From Utricularia gibba (lineage: Eukaryota; Plantae; Magnoliophyta): 64,000 nucleotides of DNA. The notes beneath the pieces are model-generated. The model was not told the DNA's origin. It did not search any database and worked only from the letters and a program-made list of their open reading frames with translations. Shown here piece after piece: positions 13,756-26,231 of this stretch. The stretch covers positions 744,001 through 808,000 of the forward strand of contig CM007989.1 of NCBI GenBank assembly GCA_002189035.1. The letters run 5' to 3'. Every line of letters begins with the position of its first letter. The stretch's first letter is position 1. A program made the position numbers and the translations under genes.

Positions 13756-16654
13756 TCACTGTAAGGGAAGGGCATTTGGTGGTCGGTGGCCCTTCTTCGC
13801 ATGGATTTCCTTCTGTAGGCTTGTGTACTTGTTGACGCAGTCTTCCGAGTACGAGGCGATATGCCCGAGGAACGCCGCCAAGTTCGCGTGGAAACGATCC
13901 AGAGATGGCAGCCCTTCGTCCGCCGTCGCACGGGAAATTGATGATGATCGACGTGGAAGATGGCCGGCGCCCGTTTTCTTCTCCGGACGGGGGAGAAAGC
14001 GGGAAACCTCAGCAACCAGATCCTTGATGGAGTCGACAACCCCTTGAAAGGGGCAGCCTTCCATGATCTTGACCCACTCAGCACAGATCATGCGCATGGG
14101 AGGGCCGGAGTTTGTAGGAAGATGCCTTTTCCGGTTCCTTCTCTTGGCTGAATTTTCTCGGATGTCAAGGCATTTCAGGAGCCACTTGTCGATCTTGTCG
14201 ATGTAGAGCTTCTGGGAAGCGATCCATTCAGTGAAGGTGGACTGCAAGGAGTTCAGTTCGTTTACGAGATGGATGGCCATTTCTCTCCGGTGATCTCTGT
14301 CCATGGAGAAGGTGGTTTCACCGGAGGGAGGATGAGATACTGATATGATGTGAAATTGAAGCTTGTGGCATTCCATCATCGTCTCCCACATCTTCCTTAA
14401 CCTATGCAACAGCAGGTTCTGATGTCAGTCAGAGATGACATGAAAATTCAGAAAAATGACTCCAAGCAAGCTATGTGTGAGCAGTGGTATCCAAATGAAT
14501 GGAGCAAGAAAAAGAGGCATACCCTTCAATGAGCTCTTCAAGCTGTGGCTGAAGTTCTGAGTCACGAATCTCCTCGATCTTCATTGATATTGATTTGATT
14601 CTATGGATAGCAACACCGATTCTAGAGTGGAGATCCTTGACAAGCGCTCGTGTTTTGTCTGTGTTCAGTCCGCGTGATTCTTCTTGCCGAAGGATTCTAC
14701 ACTTCTGATCAAATATACTCGTGAGTGACCGAGCAGCCTGAAACAAGAGAAACAAGGGGGGGGGGGGGGGGGATTATAAGCCTTCCCATTTGCTGGAATT
14801 AGAGGAACTGAAGAAATCTAAGGAATCTGAAATGGGTAGCAGACAGTATCCATAAAACTGAGATGGGTATGAAGGTTTTAAAACAAATGCAGGAAGCAGT
14901 GATGTAGCATTAATAATTCCAAATGCATCATTTTCCATCTCCTGATGGATTTTTAACTCTAGCCCCACCTTAACTTCATCATAAAGCTTCTTCTCCCATG
15001 CATGAAGCCTATCTAAAGTGGAGGCATGACTACCAGAAGTCATGCAGAAGTTTTCGAAGAGATTATTGCTACTCTCAGGATCAACATAGTCATTAGAGTT
15101 GGAGCCGAGAAGGAAGCGAGATGAAGCAGAACGAGATGAAGCTGTACGGTGCCATCTTAAATACTTGACAGAGTTTTGAGGTGGTTCTATACACAAGAAG
15201 GGAACTCATTAACATCAGAAAGGAAAAACAATGTAAGTGAAAACAAGTTTCAAATCCTACCTTGGGGAACCTCTACTGGATACTTCCCACAACTTAAGCA
15301 TGCTTTTAGTAATAATCTCACGGCTAATCCACCTGCCAAACGAGAGCATGTAAATGATACATTATAATCACCATGGCACTGGAGATATACACATGTCATA
15401 TATACCAGCAGAATTCAACAAAGTGAGATGTTTCAACCAAAATAAATCAAGGATTGTAGCATCAATTATGGAGAAAAGGAGAGATAGAGAGAGCTTACTA
15501 TGACGACCAGATGAAACTGGGCGGAAGTGGAATTTATTTGCTTCCAGCTTCCTAGGAACTTCTTTTCCTGCTTCAGATGCCCTGAAGAAGATCTGTTCAA
15601 TATCCTTCATGCTTGAAACGAAATCCTTAGGAACAAAACTATCTTCAACTTCATTGTATTTCATTGGCGTGATATCCACATCATTCAGTTGTAAATATGC
15701 TAAGGGACTAGCTCTTAATGGTGAAAGACTAGGAGAGATGTGACTGTTTCCATTTGCAAATTTGGTTTCTGATATCATGCTCTGAGGTGATCTCATAACT
15801 GAAGAATCTCCGTTGACTAAGCTTTCTTTTGCTTCATGCTCATTCTCTGGCTCACTTCTAGATTCTGATGCTCTGTTTTTGGAAGCAATTCCCATTGGAT
15901 TAGAATCCAGAGCCTTTTCTTTTGTCCTGTTGACATTATTAAAGCTTCGAACAAGTGTTGATATGGGAGGCTCATCAAACTCATCTTCTGATAACTGAGA
16001 TTCTTCTATTTCTGAGGAGGATAACTTCTTCTCTACATCTTCCGATTCACCGAAATCAGCATCTGCTCTAGCATTTCTAGTCGAATCAAAATTGTGTGAG
16101 GCATTAACAACTTCCTTTTCTTCTTGTGAAGAAAGGTGATTGTCAGCCGGATGGGAGAGGCCAAAATAATCCCATGGTGCAGATTCTGGAGGAACGGACT
16201 GAAATGAAGATTCTTCCAACCCCTTAACTGGTCGAGTTGTGGATGGAGGAGTGGCAGAAGACGGGGATGGCCTAACACCAGAATCAAGCTTTTCTTCAAG
16301 TATAATGGAAGGCTCACTTCTAAATCTTACATGATGTGATTTGAACTCAAAAGAAAAGGTGGACGAAGGTGATGATAGTATGTTTGCAGTTGCATCCACT
16401 TGTGGAGATTGGTATATTGTCTTCTCTGTTAAATGATGCGACACAGGTGTTTCACTTCCCTGAGACTCAGCTTGATCATCAGTTTCCACAAACCTTCTTA
16501 AAGCAGACCCCACGTTCTTCAGTTGCTCTGTATATGAAAGATGTGCTACAGCTAGAGAGCATCTACCATTCAGTGCTTGTTTGATAAGTTTCTTCCTTGT
16601 ACGACAGAGTTCCAGCCCTTTGTCTTCATCCAGTTTAGAATTTGAAGCTCCCAT
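13756..16654 (-). CDS. DUF630/DUF632 protein (NRG2/REL2-like), 4 exons
   Basis: Exons 16654-15499, 15186-14969, 14737-14523, 14401-13756. DUF630 start MGASNSKLDEDKGLELCRTRK. DUF632 motifs HASTLDRLHAWEKKLYDEVK, DKTRALVKDLHSRI, ELQPQLEELIEGLRKMW. Confidence 0.92.
14756..14772. repeat. Poly-G tract (G17), read as poly-C just upstream of an intron acceptor of the DUF632 gene
   Basis: Read directly from the sequence. Confidence 0.9.
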
Positions 16655-18654
16655 TACACCAGAGAACTTTCTCCTTTTCTCAGTTTCTAAATGAAAAAGA
16701 GGTCATCCTACACCACCCAAGCAAATCGAATTAGTCAAATAGCAACGATCCAGACCATCATCGGACTTGAAAAGGAAAAAAAACCCAAAAGACGCAAGGA
16801 GAAAAAGGCACGAACAATCAATAACCACAGACCAGATCTATCCATCAAAAAGTAAAGTGATGAGATCAATATGACACCAAAAAAAGAAGGTAAGGGAGGA
16901 TTGAAGTTTGCAATGACTAAACAGAACCAAGTGAAAAATAGTCATCACTAAACCTACAAACAAAACCCAACAAGAAACGAATAACATACACCAAGGCGCC
17001 CAATACCAAAAGACAAACGAAGAGGGAGGATGGCAAAGAGATAAACAGCCCGGAATTCCCCAAGCCAGGTAGCGATTAGAAATCTAAGCTTCCACCGCAA
17101 CCCCACATGAAACAGATCACCAAATTCCAAAGAATCATCACGTAATCAGAAACATCGGCCGCAGCGATTTACCCTTTTTCTATTTCACAGAAACCAAGAT
17201 ACTTACCATACTCAAGGCGGATAAAAAACCCCGTATTGAGTTCAGTGCATACCACGAATTACCAGAGATTTGCAGAGTCCACTATCCCATCCCTAGCCTG
17301 TTATAGAGAGTCGGTGCGTGTCCGCCAGAATCCTCAAACATCGGGCCAACAAGGCCAGTTTGCATGAAGGGGTCAATCAAATGGGGACAAAGTACGTGTT
17401 TGCGGTATGGGCCCTGGGCGAGTCACCATAAACAAATGGAATCCAGCAACGCCATTTTCAGGGTAAAAAGTTCACTCCGTCAAAGTTATTTCTTTCCTAC
17501 CAACGAGATCAAAAAGAGAACGAGGATCAATCTGGAGAAAAGGGCGTCGGTTACACGCAAGTAGGGGCCCCTTCGCCACCCGTCAGCGATCTCCTTCTCG
17601 GCACAACCGGTGAAAGCACTAACCACATGAGATTTTCGCCATCAGTCCTCACTTATCCGCGTAAAAATCTCGACAATTCGCAATCCAGTCGGCAGAGCAA
17701 CTGCACATCGATGTTCTCTGGGTCTTCTTCCGTTGGTATTTTTATTTTTTAACCTTCATATTAGAAGAAATAATATTTTGTTAGCTTCACTTTTTAAAAG
17801 ACTATACTTGAATTATTTTTAATTATAAATATACTCATAATAATGATTAAATTAAAGAAAATATAATTAAAAAATAGTATCTAAACTTGTTTACGAACAT
17901 ACGAGATATGTAATTAAATAAAATGATTCTTTTAATTTTATACAATAATTTTTTCTTAGAAACACACTATATCGGATAAGATAAACATGTATCGTAATAT
18001 TTGATATCAGAATTAAACCCATAGACGCATCAATAGTGATACGAAGGGTCACTCAACAAGAATATTGAGTGTTTACGTGAGAGAAAATTTATGTACTAAT
18101 ATGTTACATTAATTAGAATAAAAGAAAGAATATGTTTAAATATAAGAATTATTTTAATTCTTTATGAGATATTTTTTTTAAAAAAAATATAAAATCATAA
18201 GAATTGATTAATTAAAATGAATAATATTATACAAGAATCATTCAGCAAATGTTCACAATTTACCTTCATATTCAAAATCCTAGCCATGAATCACAATAAT
18301 TATAGTAAATAAGCATATTAATATAATGAAATACATTTTAAGTTTGAAATCAAGAGAAGAGAAATAAGAATTTAGAATTTAGTCCTCGAAGAATATGTAA
18401 TTTCCAAATTTAGGACTTTAGGGGTTGATGCCTGAATCATTTAGGTCAGAGGTTCAATAAGCCGCCTGGTCATCGAGATAATGGAGACCAGGACCATTAC
18501 AAGGAACGATAATTTGTAGCAGGCACCGGAAAAGTAGAACGCTGATTGAATACACGTCTTGAACGCCGTTAATACGCCGCCGCCGGAGCCTGAAAACCCA
18601 ATCCATAATACAAGCCCCTCCCTCCTGCTCTACGCTGTCGAATCGATTCCACCA

Positions 18655-19409
18655 ATGAGACCGCCACACAGCTCTACCGCTCTCGTCGTTGCGGTCGCCG
18701 TCGCCGTTCTACTGGGCTCCGCCGCGACGTCCCTTGTTTCAGCCCAAGCGCCGCCGCCGCTACCTGATTGCTTTCAGGCTCTGGTGAATTTGTCTGACTG
18801 CCTGTCTTTCTTCGAGAGAGGAAGTAAACTTGCACAGCCGGACCCTGGGTGCTGCCCGGGGCTGTCGAGTATGGTGAATACGCAGCCGCATTGCTTCTGT
18901 AAGCTGCTCGGCGGCGGAAACGGCGAGATTCAGATGCCGATCGATTCCGCCAGGGCCCGTGGTCTTCCGGCGACATGCCACGTCAGCGGTTCTGTAAGCA
19001 ACTGTGCCGGTGAGTAAATTATGATAATATTTCACGAAAAGGTTTCAAAAACTCTCATGCTGACGTCATTAAAAAGTATTTGCTTTTTTCAAGGGCATAA
19101 AAATATTTTTCAAAAAATATCCAGTGAAAAAAGGGAATATCATAATTCTTTTTCTTGGAAAACTGCTTAGGCCAAGGTGCTGCTGCTCCGGTGGGTGAAG
19201 GCCCAGGTGCTCCGCCAAGGGCAATGGATGGGACGCAGGGCGATGAGTCTTCTGCAAATACTCCGTCGGTTGCTCCATCGTCTGTACCAGGTTCTCCGGC
19301 TGGTGAAGACACTTCGTTCGCCGGAGTCTCTAGATATTTTCCGATCAACCTCCGAGTCCTCATCGGAACATCAACTCTTGTGTTATCCTACTTGTTTCTT
19401 CTGAGTTGA
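18655..19409 (+). CDS. Non-specific lipid transfer protein, GPI-anchored/xylogen-like
   Basis: Exons 18655-19009 and 19171-19409. Signal peptide, eight-cysteine motif (C..C..CC..CxC..C..C), P/S/A/G-rich linker and hydrophobic C-terminal GPI-type signal. Confidence 0.9.
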
Positions 19410-19639
19410 GAATCTGGTCTGTCGGTTGTATTGACAGTTATGAATTTTTAGAATTCATTGAATATCGATTTTTGTTTGAAAAATGATTTTTACAGTCAAA
19501 ATCGCAAACCCTCAGCAGATTAGGGTTGGCACTTCCTAAACCATGGAAATTTTCAATAAAAAACAAATCTTTACGGTTTTGGGATGACCCGAGCGATTCC
19601 CACTATAATACGTTGATGCGCCATCCCGCAAAAGTATCA

Positions 19640-22255
19640 ATGGATTTTCAGATTGTCGTGCTGGCTGGCGGGTTTTCGAAAACCCTGCTGCCCCTCGTTT
19701 CCAAGGTGTCTCTTCAGTCTTCTGGTTCTCCTAAAGCTGTGGAAGTCTGTGAATGTGTTTCAAGAACTGTACCTTTTACGCGCAGGATTTACCCAAGGCG
19801 CTATTGCCCGTTGCGGATCGACCTGTTCTGTCGTTTGTTTTGGAGCTTCTGGAGCAGAATGGTATAAAGGATGCTATCGTGGTGAGCCTGAGTTTCTGTT
19901 TGCGCTTTTTCGCTGTTTCTATGGTATTCGCGGAGGGGATTGACGGTGCGTGGGTAGGTTGTGGAAGGCGAGACCGCTGCCCTTTTGATCAGTTCTTGGA
20001 TTTCAAGAGCTTTTGGGGATCGATTAAACATTGAGGTACATCATTACCCATGCCTTCTCTGCTTATTGCTTGGTATTTTTCATTAGTTACTCTGATTCTG
20101 CATTGCGGATCCCCGGGTAGTTTTATGGAGCATGTTTAGTTTAGGGCACCAGCCTTGATTAAAAACTGGGTTTCATTCCTGGTATACTTGCGTGGTTGGA
20201 GCCAAACGAAAACCGGGTGAGCTTGAAATGTGGCATTGCAGCCTTGCTTTTCTAAGCAGAAGATTGTTTTAGGCTGCCCTGGATTTGGATCATGCCTTCA
20301 TTTTTTCTGTGAAGCCAAAAAATGAACCTGTGCTAGCATGAGATTTGTGAACTGAACTCAAGAAAACTTACTGTTCTGGTTGCTTTCTTTAAGTCATGGT
20401 ATTGACTTGCTACAGGTCATCGCAGTTCCTGACGATGTTGGTACAGCTGGTGCTATCAGAGAAATAGGTCATCGCTTGACTGCAAAAGATATCTTGGTTT
20501 GTACACCACCCATAATCAGGGTTACTATTGACGTTTTGCAGCAGCTATAATCTTCTAGTTCACAGGTTGTAAGTGGTGATTTGGTAACTGAAATTCCTCT
20601 GGGAGCTGTAGCAGCTGTTCACAGACGGCATGATGCCATGGTCACTGCCATGCTCTGCTCTGTTCCAGTCAGTGGACCATTAGATTCAGGTGCTTCCAGT
20701 GCCAAGGATAAAGGAAAGAAAGCAGGGCGTGTTAATGTCATAGGCCTGGATCCAACTAAAACTTTTTTGGTGCATATAGCAGCAGGTAAGATGTTTGTGT
20801 TCATGCATGCACATTGTGCTCTGCTAAATGATATTCAACATGGTGGTAGGAGTTGAAGCTGAGAAAGACATTCGTATACAGAAGAGCATTCTTCGTGCTT
20901 TTGGCCAGGTGAAGTGTTCCAGCTGCTTCTCTTAAAGAATACGCCTTCAATATTTGTTTCTTAATGTCTATTTTTACCTGAAATTGTGTTGTATAGATGG
21001 AAATTCGTTCAGATCTCATGGATGCTCATTTGTACGCATTTAAGAGGTCTGAATCTCCACTCTAACATGATCTCAAGTGCCTCTTAGTGGGATATTTTAC
21101 TGATCTTTTCACCTCCAGGCCTGCTCTGGTAGATGTCCTAAGTCAAAACCAAAAGTTTCACAGTTTGAGGCGGGATGTGTTGCCTTATCTAGTTCAGACC
21201 CAACTGGTGAGTTTTTTTTGTGTGGGGAATCCAGCATCATAATCCTCAGCTTCTGCTGAATAGTGTATATGATGCAGAAATCTCCGTTGTATGTAAACGG
21301 ATCACCATCAGAAGAAAATGGAAACGACAAGGATGCCCTCCAAATCCAGAAAAGTTTGTTTTCTCAACTTCAAAATGCATCTGCACCTACTGAATCCTAT
21401 CCATCACACATCCTGTCCCACCCCATTCTCAAGCAAACTCACAAGTGCGTTGTTTACATCCCCAATAAGAGCAAGTACTGTGCTCGCCTCAATTCAGTTC
21501 AGGCATTCAGTGACATCAATCGAGATGTATGTGCTATACTTCACTTTAATCTTATCTTCACATTGACCTGATCTTCTTGAACACTAAGTATTCATTTCTC
21601 AAATTTTACCACTGCAGGTAGTGGGAGATGCTAATCACCTGTTGGGCTACGCCCTCTCTTCCCATAACAACATAGTTGATTCTTCTGTCATACTAGGATC
21701 CAAGACCACAGTGAGTGCTAGACATTTTTTTGATCCAGTTTACTCTAAATGTTCGTTGCGGTATTATACAACGCATTGCGTGATCTAAGTCATATACAAC
21801 ATTTTCGCATTGTTTGATCTCATATCTGCATCAGGAGTGTATGCCATTCTCCAATGCGCCACTCTCATCATTCAAATGATCTGTTGTTTAGGTTGGACCC
21901 CAATGCATGGTAAGAGAAGGCTCTGAAATGGGAGATAAATGCAGTGTTAAGAAGTCGATCATCGGCCGCCATTGCCGAATAGGTTCAAATGTGAAGGTAC
22001 CCAGAACCCCCTCCCTCTGTAGCATGCTGAGTTGAAGCCCAGTCTTACTCATGCCCTTCTCTGCAGATCTCAAACTCCATTATAATGAACCATGTGAGCA
22101 TCGGAGACGGCTGCAGCGTGCAAGGATCCATCATCTGCAGCAACGTGCAGATTCAGGAGCGGGCCTCCTTGAAAGACTGTCAGGTAGGCGCTGGCTATGT
22201 CGTCACTGCAGGTGGAGACTACAAGGGAGAATCGTTGGCCAAGAAAGAAAAGTAA
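19640..22255 (+). CDS. eIF2B-gamma: Translation initiation factor eIF2B gamma subunit, 12 exons
   Basis: Exons 19640-19705, 19786-19881, 19958-20035, 20416-20496, 20566-20785, 20850-20908, 20997-21046, 21119-21206, 21278-21526, 21618-21710, 21892-21996, 22067-22255; frame intact. MDFQIVVLAGG, LPKALLPVADRPVL, DLMDAHLYAFKR, C-terminal hexapeptide beta-helix. Confidence 0.95.
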
Positions 22256-24017
22256 ATGGTTTGGATCTAAAGGAAAGTGTGTTTTGGGAGAGATGCGGGT
22301 GCTCAACAATCAAACGCTGTGAGCAGGACCAAGTTCAGTTTGGTAGTCGAGTTGAAGCTCATTGAGTAGTAGTCTTTTCTATTTGTTGGAGAAATAAAAT
22401 ATTTTTAAAAAATATGATGACAATATTTTTCATTTACAAAAATGAACCTGTGGATGTTATAATTTTTCGAAAAATATATTTTTAAAAAAGTTTAAAACTT
22501 AGTTTTTAAAGTTTTTTAAAATTTAACTTTAGAAATAAAATTGTTCTTATTTGATTATAATAATTTTTATTGTTGTTTAAAACATAAATTGTAATTCTTA
22601 GCCTATAATTTGAAGTTTTGTTTAAGATTATATATAATAAAATTAATTTTAAAATTATATTAAGAGAATTAATTTAAATTGAAAAATTGTTTTATAAAGT
22701 TTAATAAAATAAAATATATATTTTAAATTTTAATATTAAATTATCATATAATTATATATTATGATATAAATGTATATTTAGAATAGATAAAAATTAAATA
22801 GTGTAATTTTTATAATTAATTTATTATTTAATCATTAAAACATATATTCAATTGCATAATCAAATTTTTTATTTTATTACAAAATAATTATATATTAAAA
22901 TTTTCAAAATTAAGCATAATCAATTCATAAAATTATGAATACGTAACATACCTTATGTAAAAATGATTCAAATAAAATATTGAGTTTTTGCAATTCCATA
23001 TAAATAAGAAATACTTCTAAATTTATGTTATTTTTAAAATATAAATTATTTACATTTAATAATAAAATGATTTTTTAACAATTTTTTCAGAAGTAAAAAT
23101 AATTTTAGATGGATAGTAATTTTATTTTATTTTTATCAATGAGACATTAAAAAATTATATTTTTGAGGCATGTGTTTTTTTAATTATTTTTTTGGTGGAT
23201 GAGGGCATGAGGCTCATACATTTTAGTGGTGAAAAGCCATTCACAAATTTGGAAGCCCTAATCCAGGAGTGGTTTGGGTTCCATTTTCCAGCCTTGCGTT
23301 TCCCTGCCTCCCTCTCTCTCTATTTATATAAGCTCTCGGCATTGACAACCTTCGATCTCTTTTATGTTATGCACACATTTTCTCTGCTGCGCGATTTCCC
23401 GAATTTCCAATTTCAAACCGCATCGCAAGCGGAAGCGTTTTCGCTCGCTGGTCGATCTGTTTTAGGTGAGGGCGTGGCGTCTTTGTTTTGTTTTTTTATG
23501 GCTATGTTGGCGCCTGAGTTCTTGATGAACATGACGTGATGTTTGGATTCGAAAAACTGGGGTGGGGTTTGTTGGGTTATTGGATACTATGATCTTCTGA
23601 TGCGCATCTCGTTTCTCCTACAGCGGTTTTTTTTTTTTTTTTTGTGAAAGATGTTCTCTTGTGATGTGTGATTCGTGCTAAATTTTATATTTTATTTGAA
23701 GAATCTTTCCCATGGTCGTGGGTCGATAATCTTTCGTAGAGAACTAGGTGAATGTCCTGGAATCTGATCTCTAAGGATTTGCAATATCCGCTGGATTCGT
23801 CAAGTGCAGTTTTTTTTTTGTTCTCATTTTACATGTAACTTTTGTGTGATATTATGTATCAGGTTATCGAGGACTCAATCCTGGAGTCCTGACTTTCGTT
23901 ACCGCTTAATGCATTTTCAACTTTTGATCGGTTTACGGTACCTCTCAAAATTTCCTAACATGATTAGGCATGTTTTTTTCTTGTGTAGCGAGAAACATAA
24001 CCCAAGGTGTGGACGTC

Positions 24018-25913
24018 ATGTCTCCAGCATCGAATTCGAAATCAAAGGACAAAAAAAATTCCAGAGTCCCTGTGAGGTCTACTATTGGGATCCTGGAAAA
24101 TGGGTACAGTCCTCTATCAGAAGCTTTCCATACGTTGAAAAGCATATCAGTCTCTTCTCCCACTCCTCGTCATGTGAATGGTCGATTCCGTAACATAGAT
24201 GATGCAGAAGATCATAATGGGAATTTTGTGGGTGCTGGGATTGAATATGATACTGTTTCCAACAATGGTAGTTGGTCTGGCGAATCAGATGACACTAAAG
24301 AGAGTAAAGAGAAAGCATCCCCACCCTCACATCAGGAATCTATCCCAGGAGCTGACAATGACAAGAGAGAAAAAACACGCCTTAAGAATGAGAGGAAGCA
24401 TCAGAGACAAAAGGAGAGACGAGCTCAGGAACTACATGAGCGATGCAGTGGTTATCTCATGTCAAGGAAACTCGAAGCCGTAGCTCAGCAACTCGTGGCA
24501 ATGGGTTTTTCTCCAGAACGAGCAACAATGGCCCTGATTATGAATGATGGTAAGGTAGAGGAATCAGTGGCATGGCTTTTTGAAGGTGCTGAAGAGGGCA
24601 AGCACACAGAGCATAATCTAGACTACGGGGGGAATTTGAAAATTGATATATCAGAAGAGCTTGCAAAAATCACAGATTTGGAAATAAGATACAATGTTTG
24701 CAAGCAGGAAGTTGAGAGAGCTATAGTTGCTTGTGATGGTGATATTGAAAAGGCTGAAGAAATGTTGAAAGTAACAAAGCAGGAGCACAATGCTGCTCTT
24801 CCAAAATCTGAAGAAACTGGTGATCATGCTAATGTGACCGACAGTAAGCCAATTAAATCAATAAGCCAGAACGCAGGGAGCATACAGTCAAAAGTTCCAC
24901 CATCTACCACCATACTACAGAAAAGGGATAAAAAGGATTTCAATTATACCAAAGTTGCCATTATTACGGGGAGTTCAGTTGATCCTGGTTCAAAGGGTGG
25001 TATGCAAGCATTGACAAAACCACCTCCTAAAATGGATTCGTTCACGTTGCATCAGAGTACTCTCTCCACAGATAGAACATGGTCCAGTTCAGGGTCTTCT
25101 TCTGTTTCCTATTCAGAGCCACCTTCTGTACGTGCTTCAGCTGTTGCATCAAACATTGAAGCTCATCAGCTGGCGGTAGGAGATGATATGAAAAATGTAC
25201 AGCTTGGGTCTATGAGAGAACCAATTATTATGCAACGACCCCCATCTCTCACCGCAAAGCAGACCCCTAGCGTGAGTGCTGGCTCCACTCCTTTTGGGGC
25301 AACTATGGGTTGGAAGCATCCTGGTAGCATCGATTTAATGAAGTCCAGTGGGTTGGTTTCACCTATTGCCGTCTCTGCAAGCCTTCGCCCAGGTAATGAT
25401 AATCCACTTTCATCGCACAACCATCAGCGTCAGGAGCAGTTGCCCAACAGTATCCCAAGTGAATTTTCTAGCCAGCCCATCAGCTTGTCGAACTGGGAAG
25501 GTGCCTCGCCAACATTGTCGGCAGTATCATCTCTTGGACTTTTTTCCAGGCTTGGTGCCACTGGTGCGTCAGGCTCATCATCTCTGGTAGACTGGAATAC
25601 AGGCAGTTCAGTGTTGCAGTTAGATTACTTCGACATAGACTGGACTTTGGACCTGAGGTTGTTGGCACCAAGGTCCAGCGGGTTGTGGACGGGTGTGAAT
25701 TACTCTTCTCGAGCTATTTATCCCAAAATGGAGACATTTGCATATGGTTTGGGTATGAAGTCCAACATGAAACCAGTCCCAACGACGCCATTTTCTGTAT
25801 TGCCAGAGCGAGGAGCACCTGATCCTGTTGGCTCCAATGAACGACGGGCTTCCCCATTTGAAGACAATGCCTTGAGCTTTTCTAGACAGTTCGTTTCATT
25901 TCCTTCGCTGTAA
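24018..25913 (+). CDS. UBA-like domain protein (At2g26920/At5g12120 type), single coding exon
   Basis: MSPASNSKSKDKK start, NNGSWSGESDD, RERAQELHERCSGYLMSRKLE-like stretch, UBA helix QQLVAMGFSPERATMAL, VDWNTG, C-terminal RQFVSFPSL. Spliced 5' leader from about 23340. Confidence 0.88.
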   Translation: MSPASNSKSKDKKNSRVPVRSTIGILENGYSPLSEAFHTLKSISVSSPTPRHVNGRFRNIDDAEDHNGNFVGAGIEYDTVSNNGSWSGESDDTKESKEKASPPSHQESIPGADNDKREKTRLKNERKHQRQKERRAQELHERCSGYLMSRKLEAVAQQLVAMGFSPERATMALIMNDGKVEESVAWLFEGAEEGKHTEHNLDYGGNLKIDISEELAKITDLEIRYNVCKQEVERAIVACDGDIEKAEEMLKVTKQEHNAALPKSEETGDHANVTDSKPIKSISQNAGSIQSKVPPSTTILQKRDKKDFNYTKVAIITGSSVDPGSKGGMQALTKPPPKMDSFTLHQSTLSTDRTWSSSGSSSVSYSEPPSVRASAVASNIEAHQLAVGDDMKNVQLGSMREPIIMQRPPSLTAKQTPSVSAGSTPFGATMGWKHPGSIDLMKSSGLVSPIAVSASLRPGNDNPLSSHNHQRQEQLPNSIPSEFSSQPISLSNWEGASPTLSAVSSLGLFSRLGATGASGSSSLVDWNTGSSVLQLDYFDIDWTLDLRLLAPRSSGLWTGVNYSSRAIYPKMETFAYGLGMKSNMKPVPTTPFSVLPERGAPDPVGSNERRASPFEDNALSFSRQFVSFPSL

Positions 25914-26231
25914 GAGATGGCACAGCCCGTCTCGCTCTCAAACATGTCCTAGAATAAGCATGATGTGAACAAAAAGAAGGTTTCTTGCAAAATCCTCTTG
26001 CTGTCTTGGTCGTTTACCAGTGTCTTGAGCGATCCAATCTTACAGGAAAAGCGCGAATGATGAGTAAATCATGGGTTGCAACGTAAGTGATCAACATGCA
26101 TCCTTCTTTTTACTGTGTAACACGAATGCTAATGGTGGTCGAGAAGTAAACACTATTTTTTTCGGACCCATGTGATCTCGCATGTGAGCCATACACTCCC
26201 GCGCCTTCTCCTCCAACGGAAAATCATCGGG

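Noticed and set aside
23960-24193. Overlapping uORF upstream of the UBA-domain gene
   Set aside because: Its ATG lies upstream of a good acceptor (TTGTGTAG, 23988) and is probably intronic.
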